64,000 nucleotides of DNA, from positions 14,654 through 78,653 of the forward strand of contig JBEKPL010000002.1 in NCBI GenBank assembly GCA_049520815.1, in the 5' to 3' direction. This stretch comes from Candidatus Limnocylindrales bacterium. Its GTDB lineage: Bacteria; Chloroflexota; Limnocylindria; Limnocylindrales; CSP1-4. Below the pieces are notes generated by a model. The model ran no database searches, had not been told where the DNA came from, and worked only from the letters and a program-made list of their open reading frames with translations. Shown piece by piece: positions 47,871-56,483 of the stretch (positions within the stretch are counted from its first letter, which is position 1; each line of letters starts with the position of its first letter). Position numbers and translations under genes: made by a program.

Positions 47871-48610
47871 CGGACGAGCTTCCCCGTGCGAATCGTGGCG
47901 GCGCGATACACATCGCCGGGCAGGCCGCGCACCGTGAGGGCGTCCGAGACGGCCATGACGTCGTAGGTCGTCCGGCGGATCTCGGCTTTGATCTGCCCGT
48001 CCTCGATCTCGATCAGCGCCCAGCTGGCCGAGGGATCGCCGTCGAAGACGTACCCGGCACTGCCGTCGTTGACGATGGTCCGCCAGCCGACCTCGCGGAC
48101 CTCCGGCGTGTGAGTATGGCCGCAGACGATGACCTTGGCGTCCGTGCGGCTGACGCGGTCGATGATCACGACCGGATCGAGGTCCGCGGGGAAGCCGTCG
48201 GTCAGCGAACCCGGCGAGGCGTGGCAGAAGAGGATCAGGTCGTCTCCGACCCGCAGCCGTCGCTCCCACGGGAGGCGGCGCAGGTAGTCCACGCCGTCGT
48301 CGCCGATCTGGTCCCTGGCCCAGTCCGCTGCGACCTGGTACGAGTCGGGAGTTCCTTCGATGAACCACGGAAACGCGGCCGTGAAGTCGCCGTCGGCGAC
48401 GGCCACGTCCGCGTTGCCGAGCGTGACGTAGGCGCCGGCTCGCTCGAGCTCGCGGACCAGGGCTAGCGTCCCGACCGGATCCGGTCCGTTGAAGACCAGG
48501 TCCCCGCAGATCGCCACGTAGTCGGGGCGAGCGGCATCGACGGCCTTGCGCACGGCTTCGAGCGCGAGCCGGTTACCGTGGATGTCGGACAGGGCGGCGA
48601 TGCGAGCCAT
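47867..48610 (-). CDS. Metallophosphoesterase (YfcE/MJ0936-like calcineurin-fold phosphodiesterase)
   Basis: Motifs 'ALSDIHGN', 'ICGDLV', 'GNAD' and 'VCGHTH'. Its start overlaps the fabZ stop by 1 nt, and its stop overlaps the fabF start. Confidence 0.8.
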   Translation of the reverse strand: MARIAALSDIHGNRLALEAVRKAVDAARPDYVAICGDLVFNGPDPVGTLALVRELERAGAYVTLGNADVAVADGDFTAAFPWFIEGTPDSYQVAADWARDQIGDDGVDYLRRLPWERRLRVGDDLILFCHASPGSLTDGFPADLDPVVIIDRVSRTDAKVIVCGHTHTPEVREVGWRTIVNDGSAGYVFDGDPSASWALIEIEDGQIKAEIRRTTYDVMAVSDALTVRGLPGDVYRAATIRTGKLVR

Positions 48611-49083
48611 CAGCGCAGAGCGCTCTCGGGGGCGATGATGAAGCTGAGCTTGGCGTCGCAGGCCACGTCCCCGTCGACCGTCGCCACCCCATGACCCCGG
48701 CCGAACTTGCTGCCGAGCCGTTCCATCGTCACTTCCAGCCGGAGCTGGTCGCCCGGCGTGACGATTCTCTTGAAGCGGCACTCGTCTATCGCGGCAAAGA
48801 GTCCGAGCCGATCGCCGAAGCCTGGCTGCTGGGCCACGAACACGCCCATCGTCTGGGCCAGGGCCTCGATCTGGAGCACGCCCGGCATGATCGGCTGACC
48901 CTGGAAGTGGCCCTGGAAGAACCACTCCGTGGCCGTCACGGACTTGAGGCCCACGATCCGCTTGGCCTCCTGGTCGTACTCGACGATGCGATCGACGAGA
49001 AGGAACGGCCAGCGGTGCGGGATGAGCTTCTCGATCTGGCGAGTGGTCAGGATCGGCTCGTTCGTCGCGGCGGTGTCGGTCAC
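48610..49083 (-). CDS. fabZ: 3-hydroxyacyl-[ACP] dehydratase
   Basis: Motifs 'LIPHRWPFLLVDRIVEY' and 'FFQGHFQGQPIMPGVL'. GTG start. Confidence 0.92.
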   Translation of the reverse strand: MTDTAATNEPILTTRQIEKLIPHRWPFLLVDRIVEYDQEAKRIVGLKSVTATEWFFQGHFQGQPIMPGVLQIEALAQTMGVFVAQQPGFGDRLGLFAAIDECRFKRIVTPGDQLRLEVTMERLGSKFGRGHGVATVDGDVACDAKLSFIIAPESALR

Positions 49084-49113
49084 GGGGCGGCTCCTGGTGG
49101 CGTGGGCTGCGGC

Positions 49114-50478
49114 TCAGCGATTGCCGGCGGCGACGAACGGAGCGCTGCCGACGCGGTCGAGCAGGTTCGTCGTCACCTTGCCGTCGATGAAGATCTGATT
49201 GGCGAGGATCGCGCGGTGCAACTCGATGTTGGTCGTGACACCATCGACGAGCAGTTCGCGCAGCGCGGCGTCGCCGCGGGCGATGGCCGACGGCCGATCC
49301 GGAGCCCAGACGGAGAGCTTGCCGAGAAGGGAGTCGTAGTAGGGTGGGATCTCATAGCCCGGATAGAGGTGTGAATCCACTCGAACGCCAGGCCCGCCCG
49401 GGGCGAGGTAGGCATCGACCCGACCGCCCTGCGGCTTGAAGTCCTTGCCCGGATCCTCGGCGAGGATGCGGAACTCGATGGCGTGACCGCGCGAGACGAC
49501 GTCAGCCTGAGTCAGGCCCAAGGGCTCGCCGGCCGCGATCTTGATCTGCAGGGCCACCAGGTCGATGCCGGTACAGAGTTCCGTGATGGGGTGCTCCACC
49601 TGGACGCGGCAGTTGATCTCGATGAAGTACGCGTCGCCCTTGGAGTCGACGAGGAACTCGAGGGTGCCCAGGTTCTCGTAGCCGGCTGCAGCGATAGCCC
49701 GAACGGCACGTTCGGCCAGGTCCTGGCGGGCGGTATCAGAGAGAGCCGGGCTGGGCGTCTCCTCGATGACCTTCTGATGTCGCCGCTGTACCGAGCAGTC
49801 GCGCTCGCCCATGTGGACGGCGTTGCCGAAATGGTCCACGGCCACCTGGATCTCGATGTGGCGGTTGTCGTCGAGGAACTTCTCCATGTACAGCGCGTCG
49901 TCGCCGAAGGCCGCTTTGGCCTCGGAGCGGCTGATCTTGAGAGAGCCCTCCAGCTCGCGCGGCGTCCGCACCAGGCGCATCCCCTTGCCGCCGCCGCCGG
50001 CCGAGGGCTTGATCATGACCGGGTAGCCGATGCGCTCGGCCTCCTCCAGAGCATGAGCCTCATCGCGCAGCATGCCCGAGCCCGGAATGGTGGGCAGGCC
50101 GTGCGACCCGAGCAGCCGGCGAGTGGCCTCCTTGGAAGCGAAGCGCTCGAGAACCTCCGCCGGCGGGCCGATGAACGTCAGGTCGTGGGCTCGAACGACG
50201 TCGGCGAAGCCTTCGTCCTCCGCGAGAAACCCGTAGCCGGGGTGAATGGCGTCGCAACCGGTCACGATCGCGGCGGAGATGACCGCCGGCGCCGACAGGT
50301 AGCTGTGCCTGGCGTCGGCCGGGCCGATGCAGACGGCTTCGTCGGCCAGCTGAGCGGCCAGGCCGTCCCGATCCGCCTCACTGTAGGCCACGACCGCACC
50401 GATGCCGAGCATGCGGCAGGCGCGCAGGATTCGCAGGGCGATCTCGCCGCGGTTCGCGATCAGGACCTTGGTGAACAT
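49114..50478 (-). CDS. accC: Acetyl-CoA carboxylase biotin carboxylase subunit
   Basis: N-terminus 'MFTKVLIANRGEIALRILRACRMLGI' with the ATP-grasp core. Length is 454 aa. Confidence 0.95.
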   Translation of the reverse strand: MFTKVLIANRGEIALRILRACRMLGIGAVVAYSEADRDGLAAQLADEAVCIGPADARHSYLSAPAVISAAIVTGCDAIHPGYGFLAEDEGFADVVRAHDLTFIGPPAEVLERFASKEATRRLLGSHGLPTIPGSGMLRDEAHALEEAERIGYPVMIKPSAGGGGKGMRLVRTPRELEGSLKISRSEAKAAFGDDALYMEKFLDDNRHIEIQVAVDHFGNAVHMGERDCSVQRRHQKVIEETPSPALSDTARQDLAERAVRAIAAAGYENLGTLEFLVDSKGDAYFIEINCRVQVEHPITELCTGIDLVALQIKIAAGEPLGLTQADVVSRGHAIEFRILAEDPGKDFKPQGGRVDAYLAPGGPGVRVDSHLYPGYEIPPYYDSLLGKLSVWAPDRPSAIARGDAALRELLVDGVTTNIELHRAILANQIFIDGKVTTNLLDRVGSAPFVAAGNR

Positions 50479-51122
50479 CAGGCTTTTCCGACGGCGGCCG
50501 GCTGGCGCTCGGCCCTGGGGCCGTCGAGCTTCTCGACCCGTTCAGGCGGCTCGATCAGAACCAGATCCTGACCGTACTCGACTGCCTCGCCGGCATCGGC
50601 CAGGCTCGCTCCGACGAGGCCATCCAGTGGCGCGACCACGTCCTGCTGGACTCCGAGCACGTCGACCCAGCCGATGCGGTCGCCGGCCCGGACGGGCGTC
50701 CCGATCGCTAGATCGCGGCGCGGGTGGTAAATGCCCACGGCCGGAGAAGTTGCCGCAATGCGACCCGGCTCCACCCTGGCTGCCACTTCGTCGTCCTCGT
50801 GCCGCCTGTCTCGGTCTTCGGTCCCCCGCACGTGGCTTACGACTGGCCGTCCCGACGGAAGGCCGTGTCCGGCGTGGATCTCGACCGGACCCCTGGCCGC
50901 CGAGCGGCGGCCCTCTTCGACGCTGGGCGGCCTGCGCAGGCGCGCCTTCCAGCCATTCTGGCGAACCTCTATCTCACCCAATCCGCCGGCGGCGAGCCTG
51001 GCGATCAGAGCCGGCAGGACCTCGTCGGCCAGCCGGCCGATGGCATCGTGATCGCGCTGGATCCGAAGAGCGTGATCCGCATCGGGCCGGCTGACGATGG
51101 CAGTCTTCTCGCGGGCGGGCAT
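50478..51122 (-). CDS. BCCP-like protein lacking the biotinyl-lysine (biotin/lipoyl-attachment-domain paralogue)
   Basis: 'SPAVGIYHP..VRAGDRIGWVDVLGVQQDVVAPLDGLV..YGQDLVLIE' aligns residue by residue with accB 'VGDVIGLIEAMKLFNEIKSDQAGRV', with Gly in place of the biotinyl Lys. A strong GAGGAGG precedes the ATG. Its stop overlaps the accC start. Confidence 0.75.
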   Translation of the reverse strand: MPAREKTAIVSRPDADHALRIQRDHDAIGRLADEVLPALIARLAAGGLGEIEVRQNGWKARLRRPPSVEEGRRSAARGPVEIHAGHGLPSGRPVVSHVRGTEDRDRRHEDDEVAARVEPGRIAATSPAVGIYHPRRDLAIGTPVRAGDRIGWVDVLGVQQDVVAPLDGLVGASLADAGEAVEYGQDLVLIEPPERVEKLDGPRAERQPAAVGKA

Positions 51123-51125
51123 TGC

Positions 51126-52112
51126 CTACACCTCCTCGCGGCCGGACGAACCGCCGCGCCTCGCTCCGGGGAACGCGGGCATGGACGGCCGACCGGTGAG
51201 TAGACCACGTAGCCGATCCGCGATGCCGATCCGCTCCGTGGGAGCGGCCGACCGATCGGCCACGGTGAACGGGCCATAAGCCCGGTATCTCTTGAAGCGA
51301 GCCTCCACCAGCTCGTCGAGCGGCATGCGGCCGAGCGCATCGAGCTGTTCGATCACAGCCTCCTTGATGCGCCTGGCCGTCTCGGCCGGGTCCGTGTGGG
51401 CTCCTTCGCCGGGCTCCGGAATGACCGCGTCCACGATGCCGAGCTCCTGCTGCTCGCCGGCGGTGACCTTCATCGCGACGGCCGCCTGCTGCGATTGCTC
51501 GGCCGAACGCCACAGGATGGTGGCGCAGCCTTCGGGGCTGATGACCGAGTAGATCGAATTCTCGAGAGCCAGCACGACATCGCCGACCGCCAGCCCGAGC
51601 GCACCGCCTGAGCCGCCTTCGCCGGTGATGATCGCCACGATCGGAGTTCGGAGATGGGTCATCAACCCGACCGACTTGGCGATGGCTTCGGCTATGCCGC
51701 GTTCTTCGGCCGCGGCACCCGGGAAGGCCCCCTGGACGTCGACGAAGGTGAGAACCGGCATGGCGTAGCGCTCGGCCAGGTCCATGACGCGCATCGCCTT
51801 GCGATAGCCCTCCGGGTGGGGCAGGCCGAAGTTGCGGCGGATGTTCTCCTCGGTGTCCTGGCCTTTCTGGAAACCGATGACGACGATGCGCCGCCCCGCG
51901 ATCCGAGCCAGGCCCGCCACTACCGCGGAGTCGTCGCCGAAGAGCCGGTCGCCGTGCAGCTCGATGAACTCGTCGGCCATGACCTTGAGCAGCTCGAGCG
52001 TGTGCGGGCGCTTCAGGTTGCGGGCCTGCTGGACGTGGGCCCAGACCGCGGCCGTCACGTCTTCCGCCTCGCCTTCCGCGGCGTGGCCGCGGCCCAGAAG
52101 CCGATCAACCAC
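51126..52112 (-). CDS. accA: Acetyl-CoA carboxylase carboxyltransferase alpha subunit
   Basis: Motifs 'ELHGDRLFGDDSAVVAGLARI..GFQKG', 'GLPHPEGYRKA' and 'IITGEGGSGGAL'. GTG 52112 is preceded by GGAGG. The longer ORF to 52430 is rejected. Confidence 0.9.
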   Translation of the reverse strand: MVDRLLGRGHAAEGEAEDVTAAVWAHVQQARNLKRPHTLELLKVMADEFIELHGDRLFGDDSAVVAGLARIAGRRIVVIGFQKGQDTEENIRRNFGLPHPEGYRKAMRVMDLAERYAMPVLTFVDVQGAFPGAAAEERGIAEAIAKSVGLMTHLRTPIVAIITGEGGSGGALGLAVGDVVLALENSIYSVISPEGCATILWRSAEQSQQAAVAMKVTAGEQQELGIVDAVIPEPGEGAHTDPAETARRIKEAVIEQLDALGRMPLDELVEARFKRYRAYGPFTVADRSAAPTERIGIADRLRGLLTGRPSMPAFPGARRGGSSGREEV

Positions 52113-53079
52113 GGGGGGCCTCCCCGCGAGACCGGCTGGCCTCGCCGTTGCGTGACTCGCCGCTCTCGCCGCCAAGTGCCTCGGTGAGGGCCGAGAGCAA
52201 CGAGCGCGACCTGGGGGCGGGCGCCGCAAGAGGCTCGCCGGCGCCCGCCTCCGGCGGAGCGGCCAGGAACGCGAGCAGGGCGATGATCTCGTCGCGCAGG
52301 CGGGGCCGGGTGACGATCCTGTCCACGAACCCGTGGCTGAACCAGAACTCGGCGCGCTGGTAGCCGGGCGGCAATTCCTCGCCGATAGTCCCGGACGAGA
52401 CGCGGTCGCCGGCGAACTGGATGAGCGCATTCGGCTCGGCGATGTTCACGTCGCCGACCGCGGCGAAGGAGGCGAAGACGCCGCCCGTGGTTGGGTCGGT
52501 CAAGACCGAGATGAACGGCACGCGAGCCGCCCGGAGTCTCTCCACGACGCCCATCGTCTTGACGAGCTGCATGAGCGAGTACGTCCCCTCCTGCATGCGA
52601 GCCCCGCCGGAGGACGAGACGATGATGAGAGGGATGCGCTCCGCCAGGGCGGCCTCGCCGGCCCGCGCCACCTTCTCGCCCACGACCGAGCCCATCGAAC
52701 CGCCGATGAACCCGAAGTCCATGACGCACATCGACACCCGCTTGCCGCCCATGGTGGCCAGGCCCCAAACGGCCGCATCGCGCAGGCCAGTGGCAAGCTG
52801 GGCGGCCATGAGCCGATCCGGATAGGACTTCAGGTCCGTGAAGCCCAGGGCGTCCACCGGCTGCAGATCATCGTCTCTCTCTACGAACGAGCCGCCGTCG
52901 ACGAGCTGCTCGATGCGGGACTTGGCCGAGATCCGGAAGTGATGCCCGCAATGAGGACAGACGCGCAGCGTCTTCTCGAGCTGCTTGTTGAACAGCATCT
53001 CCGCGCAGTCCGGGCACTTGGTCCACAAGTCCGGCCGGTAGGCGTCGCGGCGGGGGCGGAAGGGCAACCTAACCGGCAT
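52105..53079 (-). CDS. accD: Acetyl-CoA carboxylase carboxyltransferase beta subunit
   Basis: Zn-finger 'CPDCAEMLF..CPHCGHH' and 'FGFIGGSMGSVVGEK'. ATG 53079 overlaps the upstream stop by 1 nt. Confidence 0.92.
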   Translation of the reverse strand: MPVRLPFRPRRDAYRPDLWTKCPDCAEMLFNKQLEKTLRVCPHCGHHFRISAKSRIEQLVDGGSFVERDDDLQPVDALGFTDLKSYPDRLMAAQLATGLRDAAVWGLATMGGKRVSMCVMDFGFIGGSMGSVVGEKVARAGEAALAERIPLIIVSSSGGARMQEGTYSLMQLVKTMGVVERLRAARVPFISVLTDPTTGGVFASFAAVGDVNIAEPNALIQFAGDRVSSGTIGEELPPGYQRAEFWFSHGFVDRIVTRPRLRDEIIALLAFLAAPPEAGAGEPLAAPAPRSRSLLSALTEALGGESGESRNGEASRSRGEAPRG

Positions 53080-53699
53080 CAGGACACGACCTCCAGGATT
53101 CCGTCGACGACCCCGGTTCGGCGGCGACCGGACCCCGTGGCACGATTGTGGGCCGCCCGTGCGGCACGGCCCATCCGGCCCGACGCCGGGTGCGAATGGC
53201 GCCAGGCAACGTAGACCGCGCCGATCGAGATCGCGGACGCGACGCCCACGCCGCCGACTATCAGCGGCCGTGACTGGCGCGCGGCCATCTCGGGGAGGCG
53301 GCGCAGCGCCCACGCTGGGGAACCCGCGTCCGGCTCCGTCAGAGCGGTGGCGGGCGGCATGGCCGTGGTCACGGGGCCTTCCCCCGCAGGCGAGCGGCTA
53401 CGGTAAGCGGCCATCGTCCCCGGCGTCGCGGCCGCAGCCTCGGTCTCGGCGACCTCTATGTGGAGGCCGGCCCGGAGCCGCATCGCGCCCGCCGCGAGGC
53501 GGGCGGCGAGCGCCTCCTCGAAGCGGAATGAGGGGTGGACTCGGACCAGATCCGCCCGCAACTCGCGCGCCGCGACGCGTATCTGCGGGTCGATGTCGAC
53601 GTCCACGGGGAATTCCGAGGCGCGCCGCTCGTCGGCGGCCATGAGCTCGTCCAGATACCGCTCAGTGCGCCGCGCGTCCCGCATTCCGCCGCCGAGCAT
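53079..53699 (-). CDS. Hypothetical single-pass membrane protein, putative anti-sigma factor
   Basis: It lies immediately downstream of the ECF sigma and overlaps its stop. There is one TM segment near the C-terminus ('PLIVGGVGVASAISIGAVYVAW'). No HxxxCxxC motif is present, so the function is inferred from position only. Confidence 0.45.
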   Translation of the reverse strand: MLGGGMRDARRTERYLDELMAADERRASEFPVDVDIDPQIRVAARELRADLVRVHPSFRFEEALAARLAAGAMRLRAGLHIEVAETEAAAATPGTMAAYRSRSPAGEGPVTTAMPPATALTEPDAGSPAWALRRLPEMAARQSRPLIVGGVGVASAISIGAVYVAWRHSHPASGRMGRAARAAHNRATGSGRRRTGVVDGILEVVS

Positions 53700-54349
53700 C
53701 AGCTCAGTTGCCCCCGCAGGTCGTTTGCCACGGAGCGCAGGGCACGATGCAGCAGCACCCGAACCGCTCCCTCGGAGCGACCCAGTATGGCCGCGATCTC
53801 GGCCGTCGACATCTCGTCGACGAAGCGGAGGATGACCGCCCGGCGGCGATCCTCCGGCAGGCGTGCGACTGCCTGCCAGGCCGCGCTGCCGGCCTCACGA
53901 GCGGCCGCGGTCTCCGCCACGTCGTCCGGGGCGGAGAGCTCCGCAGCTTCCTCGAGAGGGGTGGCGTGGCGGCGTCGGTCCCGGCGTCGCTCGTTCGCGA
54001 CGATGTTGTGGGCGATGCGGAAGAGCCAGACGCGGAACGTGGAGATGTCCGCGGGGTCCGCCCCGCCTTCGATCGTGACCGAACGCGAGGCAATGAAGGC
54101 GTCGACGCGCTCCTCGAAGCGGGGCAGGCCGGCCAGGGCCTGCATGAAGACACGCTCGCTCGCGTCTTCCGCGGCATGGTGGTCCCGGAGCTCGTAGTAC
54201 GCGTAGCTATACACCTGGGCCAGGTACTTCCTATACAGGGCATCGAAGCGAGTTGGATCGCGCCGGGCCGCCTCTACCAGGCCGCGGTCGCGGTCCAGTC
54301 GGGCGGGACGGGTGCCCTCCTGCGCTCTACTCAACACAAGCCGGCTCAA
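53699..54349 (-). CDS. ECF-type RNA polymerase sigma-70 family factor
   Basis: Region 2 'FDALYRKYLAQVYSYAYYEL..AEDASERVF..FRVWLFRIAHNIVANERRR'. Region 4 'LPEDRRRAVILRFVDEMSTAEIAAILGRSEGAVRVLLHRALR'. The start is uncertain (TTG 54349 or GTG 54337), and the ORF is open to 54430. Confidence 0.8.
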   Translation of the reverse strand: MSRLVLSRAQEGTRPARLDRDRGLVEAARRDPTRFDALYRKYLAQVYSYAYYELRDHHAAEDASERVFMQALAGLPRFEERVDAFIASRSVTIEGGADPADISTFRVWLFRIAHNIVANERRRDRRRHATPLEEAAELSAPDDVAETAAAREAGSAAWQAVARLPEDRRRAVILRFVDEMSTAEIAAILGRSEGAVRVLLHRALRSVANDLRGQLS

Positions 54350-54353
54350 TTCG

Positions 54354-55166
54354 TTACACCCCCGCCGTCGATGCGAGCCAGGCGTGGGCGACGTCCCCCG
54401 CGAGAATCTCCCGCTCGACGCCCGGCGCATCTGGGTCCTCGATCAACAGCGCCCCCGACGCCCCATCCACGCCGACCGCGCGAACCGACTCGCTCGAGCC
54501 ATCGGGCAGCTCCAACCTGACCATCCGATCCGTGGTCGCCTGGCGATCGTGCCAGCCCGCCACGTCGAAATGCCCGTCGCGCAGGGCCAGCACGCGCGGC
54601 TCCAGCCGAAGCAGGAACGCGGTCAGCAACTCGTCGGAGTCGATCGAGCGTCCCCGCGAGGCTTCGCGCAGGCTCGTCATCGAGCCCGCCAGCTCCGCCG
54701 GGAACCGTTCGCGCGGCCAGTCCGCGTTCATGCCGATCCCGACCACGGCCTGGACGGCCGCCGTGCCCACGCCCTCGCTCTCGCCCAGAACCCCGCCCAA
54801 CTTGCGCACGCCGGCGTCCCCTGCCACGACGATGTCGTTGGGCCATTTGAGGCGGAGCACGCCGATGGGCAGCCCGGCCACTTCCTCGGCGGCGTCGGCC
54901 ATGGCCAGAGCCACGACCGCACTGAGGCGCCACAGCCGGTCGGGCGGCAGGTAGCTCGGGCGGAAGCCGAGCGACACCAGCAGGGCGGCGCCGCCCGGCG
55001 CGCTCCAGGTTCGGCCCAAGCGCCCCCGCCCGGCCGTCTGCTCGTCGGCGACGGCCACACAGACCTCGGGCGTTCCTCCGGTCATCCAGTTCCGAACGAT
55101 GTCGTTGGTCGAGGGGACCGACCGGAAACGCTCGTGTCGCGAGAAGAACGCTGCGTTCGTCGTCAC
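54354..55166 (-). CDS. birA: Biotin-[acetyl-CoA-carboxylase] ligase (group I, no HTH domain)
   Basis: Motifs 'VADEQTAGRGRLGRTWSAPGG' and 'LKWPNDI'. The GTG start overlaps the lysC stop (GTGA). Confidence 0.9.
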   Translation of the reverse strand: MTTNAAFFSRHERFRSVPSTNDIVRNWMTGGTPEVCVAVADEQTAGRGRLGRTWSAPGGAALLVSLGFRPSYLPPDRLWRLSAVVALAMADAAEEVAGLPIGVLRLKWPNDIVVAGDAGVRKLGGVLGESEGVGTAAVQAVVGIGMNADWPRERFPAELAGSMTSLREASRGRSIDSDELLTAFLLRLEPRVLALRDGHFDVAGWHDRQATTDRMVRLELPDGSSESVRAVGVDGASGALLIEDPDAPGVEREILAGDVAHAWLASTAGV

Positions 55167-56470
55167 GCGCCCGACTTCGGGGTCCCGCCGGATCCCCCAC
55201 CGGCCTCGGCGGCCACCTCGCCCCCGAGCATCGGCTCCGGCTCCTCGAGAGCGAATGCCTTGTGCAATGCCCGAACGGCGGTCTCGACCTGATCCTCGGC
55301 GATCATGCAGGTGATCCGGATCTCCGATGTCGAGATGATCTCGATGTTCACTCCGGCTTCGGCCAGCGCGGCGAACATGCGCGAGGCGTAGCCCGGGGCG
55401 TTCTGGATGCCGGCTCCCACGATCGAGACCTTGGCCATCGCCGAGTCGGTCGTCATCTCGCGAAAGCCGAGCTCACGAACGATCGGCTCGAGGATACGCT
55501 TGGTCTTCGCCAGGTCGCCTCGAGTGATGGTGAAGCTCAGGTCCGTCGTGCCGTGGTGGCCGACGTTCTGGACGATCGTGTCGACGTTGATGCCGGCCTC
55601 GGCCAGGGGCGCGAATACGGCGTGAGCGACGCCAGGCCGGTCCGGGACCTCAACGAGGGTCACCTTGGCCACGTTGCGGTCGTGGGCCAGCCCGCGAACC
55701 TTGTTGCGCTGCTCCACGAACAGGTCCTCCTTGATAAGCGTGCCGGGGACGTCCTCGAACGAGCTCAGCACCTCGATTACGACGTCGTTGACCCAGCCGA
55801 GCTCGACGGCCCGGACCTGCACCACCTGTGCGCCCTGGTGCGCGAGTTCCATCATCTCCTCGTAGGAGACGACCGGCAGCTGGCGAGCCTCGGGCACGAG
55901 ACGCGGGTCGGCCGTGTAGATGCCTCGGACGTCGGTAAAGATCTGGCAGCGATCGGCTTCGAGCGCGGCCGCCAGCGCGACCGCCGTGGTGTCCGAGCCG
56001 CCACGGCCCAGCGTGGTGATCTCGGACAGGTGCGGATCTCGCACGCTCTGGCCCTGGAAGCCGGCGACGATGACGACTCGACCCGCCTCGTTCTCGCTGA
56101 CGATTCGCTTGGTGTCTATGCCGGCGATGCGGGCCTTGCCGTAGTTGCCGTCTGTGGTGATACCCGCCTGAGCGCCGGACAAAGCGATCGCCGGCACGCC
56201 CAGTGCGTGCAGGGCCATCGACACGAGCGTCGCGCTCTGGTGCTCGCCTGTCGCGAGGAGCATGTCCAGCTCGCGCGGATCCGGTTCGTCAGTGATCGCG
56301 CCGGCCAGGGCGAGCAGCTCGTCGGTGGTATCGCCCATCGCCGAGACGACGACGACGAGGTCGCAGCCGGTCGCCCGCTCGCGGGCGATGCGCGCCGCAA
56401 CGCGACGGATCCGGTCGGCGTTGGCGACGGACGAGCCACCGAACTTCTGAACGACGAGGGGTTTGGACAT
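55163..56470 (-). CDS. lysC: Aspartate kinase
   Basis: 'MSKPLVVQKFGGSSVANADRIRRVA' with C-terminal ACT repeats. ATG 56470; the ORF extension to 56566 is rejected. Confidence 0.93.
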   Translation of the reverse strand: MSKPLVVQKFGGSSVANADRIRRVAARIARERATGCDLVVVVSAMGDTTDELLALAGAITDEPDPRELDMLLATGEHQSATLVSMALHALGVPAIALSGAQAGITTDGNYGKARIAGIDTKRIVSENEAGRVVIVAGFQGQSVRDPHLSEITTLGRGGSDTTAVALAAALEADRCQIFTDVRGIYTADPRLVPEARQLPVVSYEEMMELAHQGAQVVQVRAVELGWVNDVVIEVLSSFEDVPGTLIKEDLFVEQRNKVRGLAHDRNVAKVTLVEVPDRPGVAHAVFAPLAEAGINVDTIVQNVGHHGTTDLSFTITRGDLAKTKRILEPIVRELGFREMTTDSAMAKVSIVGAGIQNAPGYASRMFAALAEAGVNIEIISTSEIRITCMIAEDQVETAVRALHKAFALEEPEPMLGGEVAAEAGGGSGGTPKSGA

Positions 56471-56477
56471 GGCGGGC

Positions 56478-56483
56478 ATTCTA
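56478..56483 (-). promoter_or_regulatory. Candidate -10 box TAGAAT placed 7 nt before the lysC ATG (leaderless-type arrangement)
   Basis: The minus strand reads 'gggctgcTAGAATgcccgccATGtcc'. No Shine-Dalgarno is present. Confidence 0.3.
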
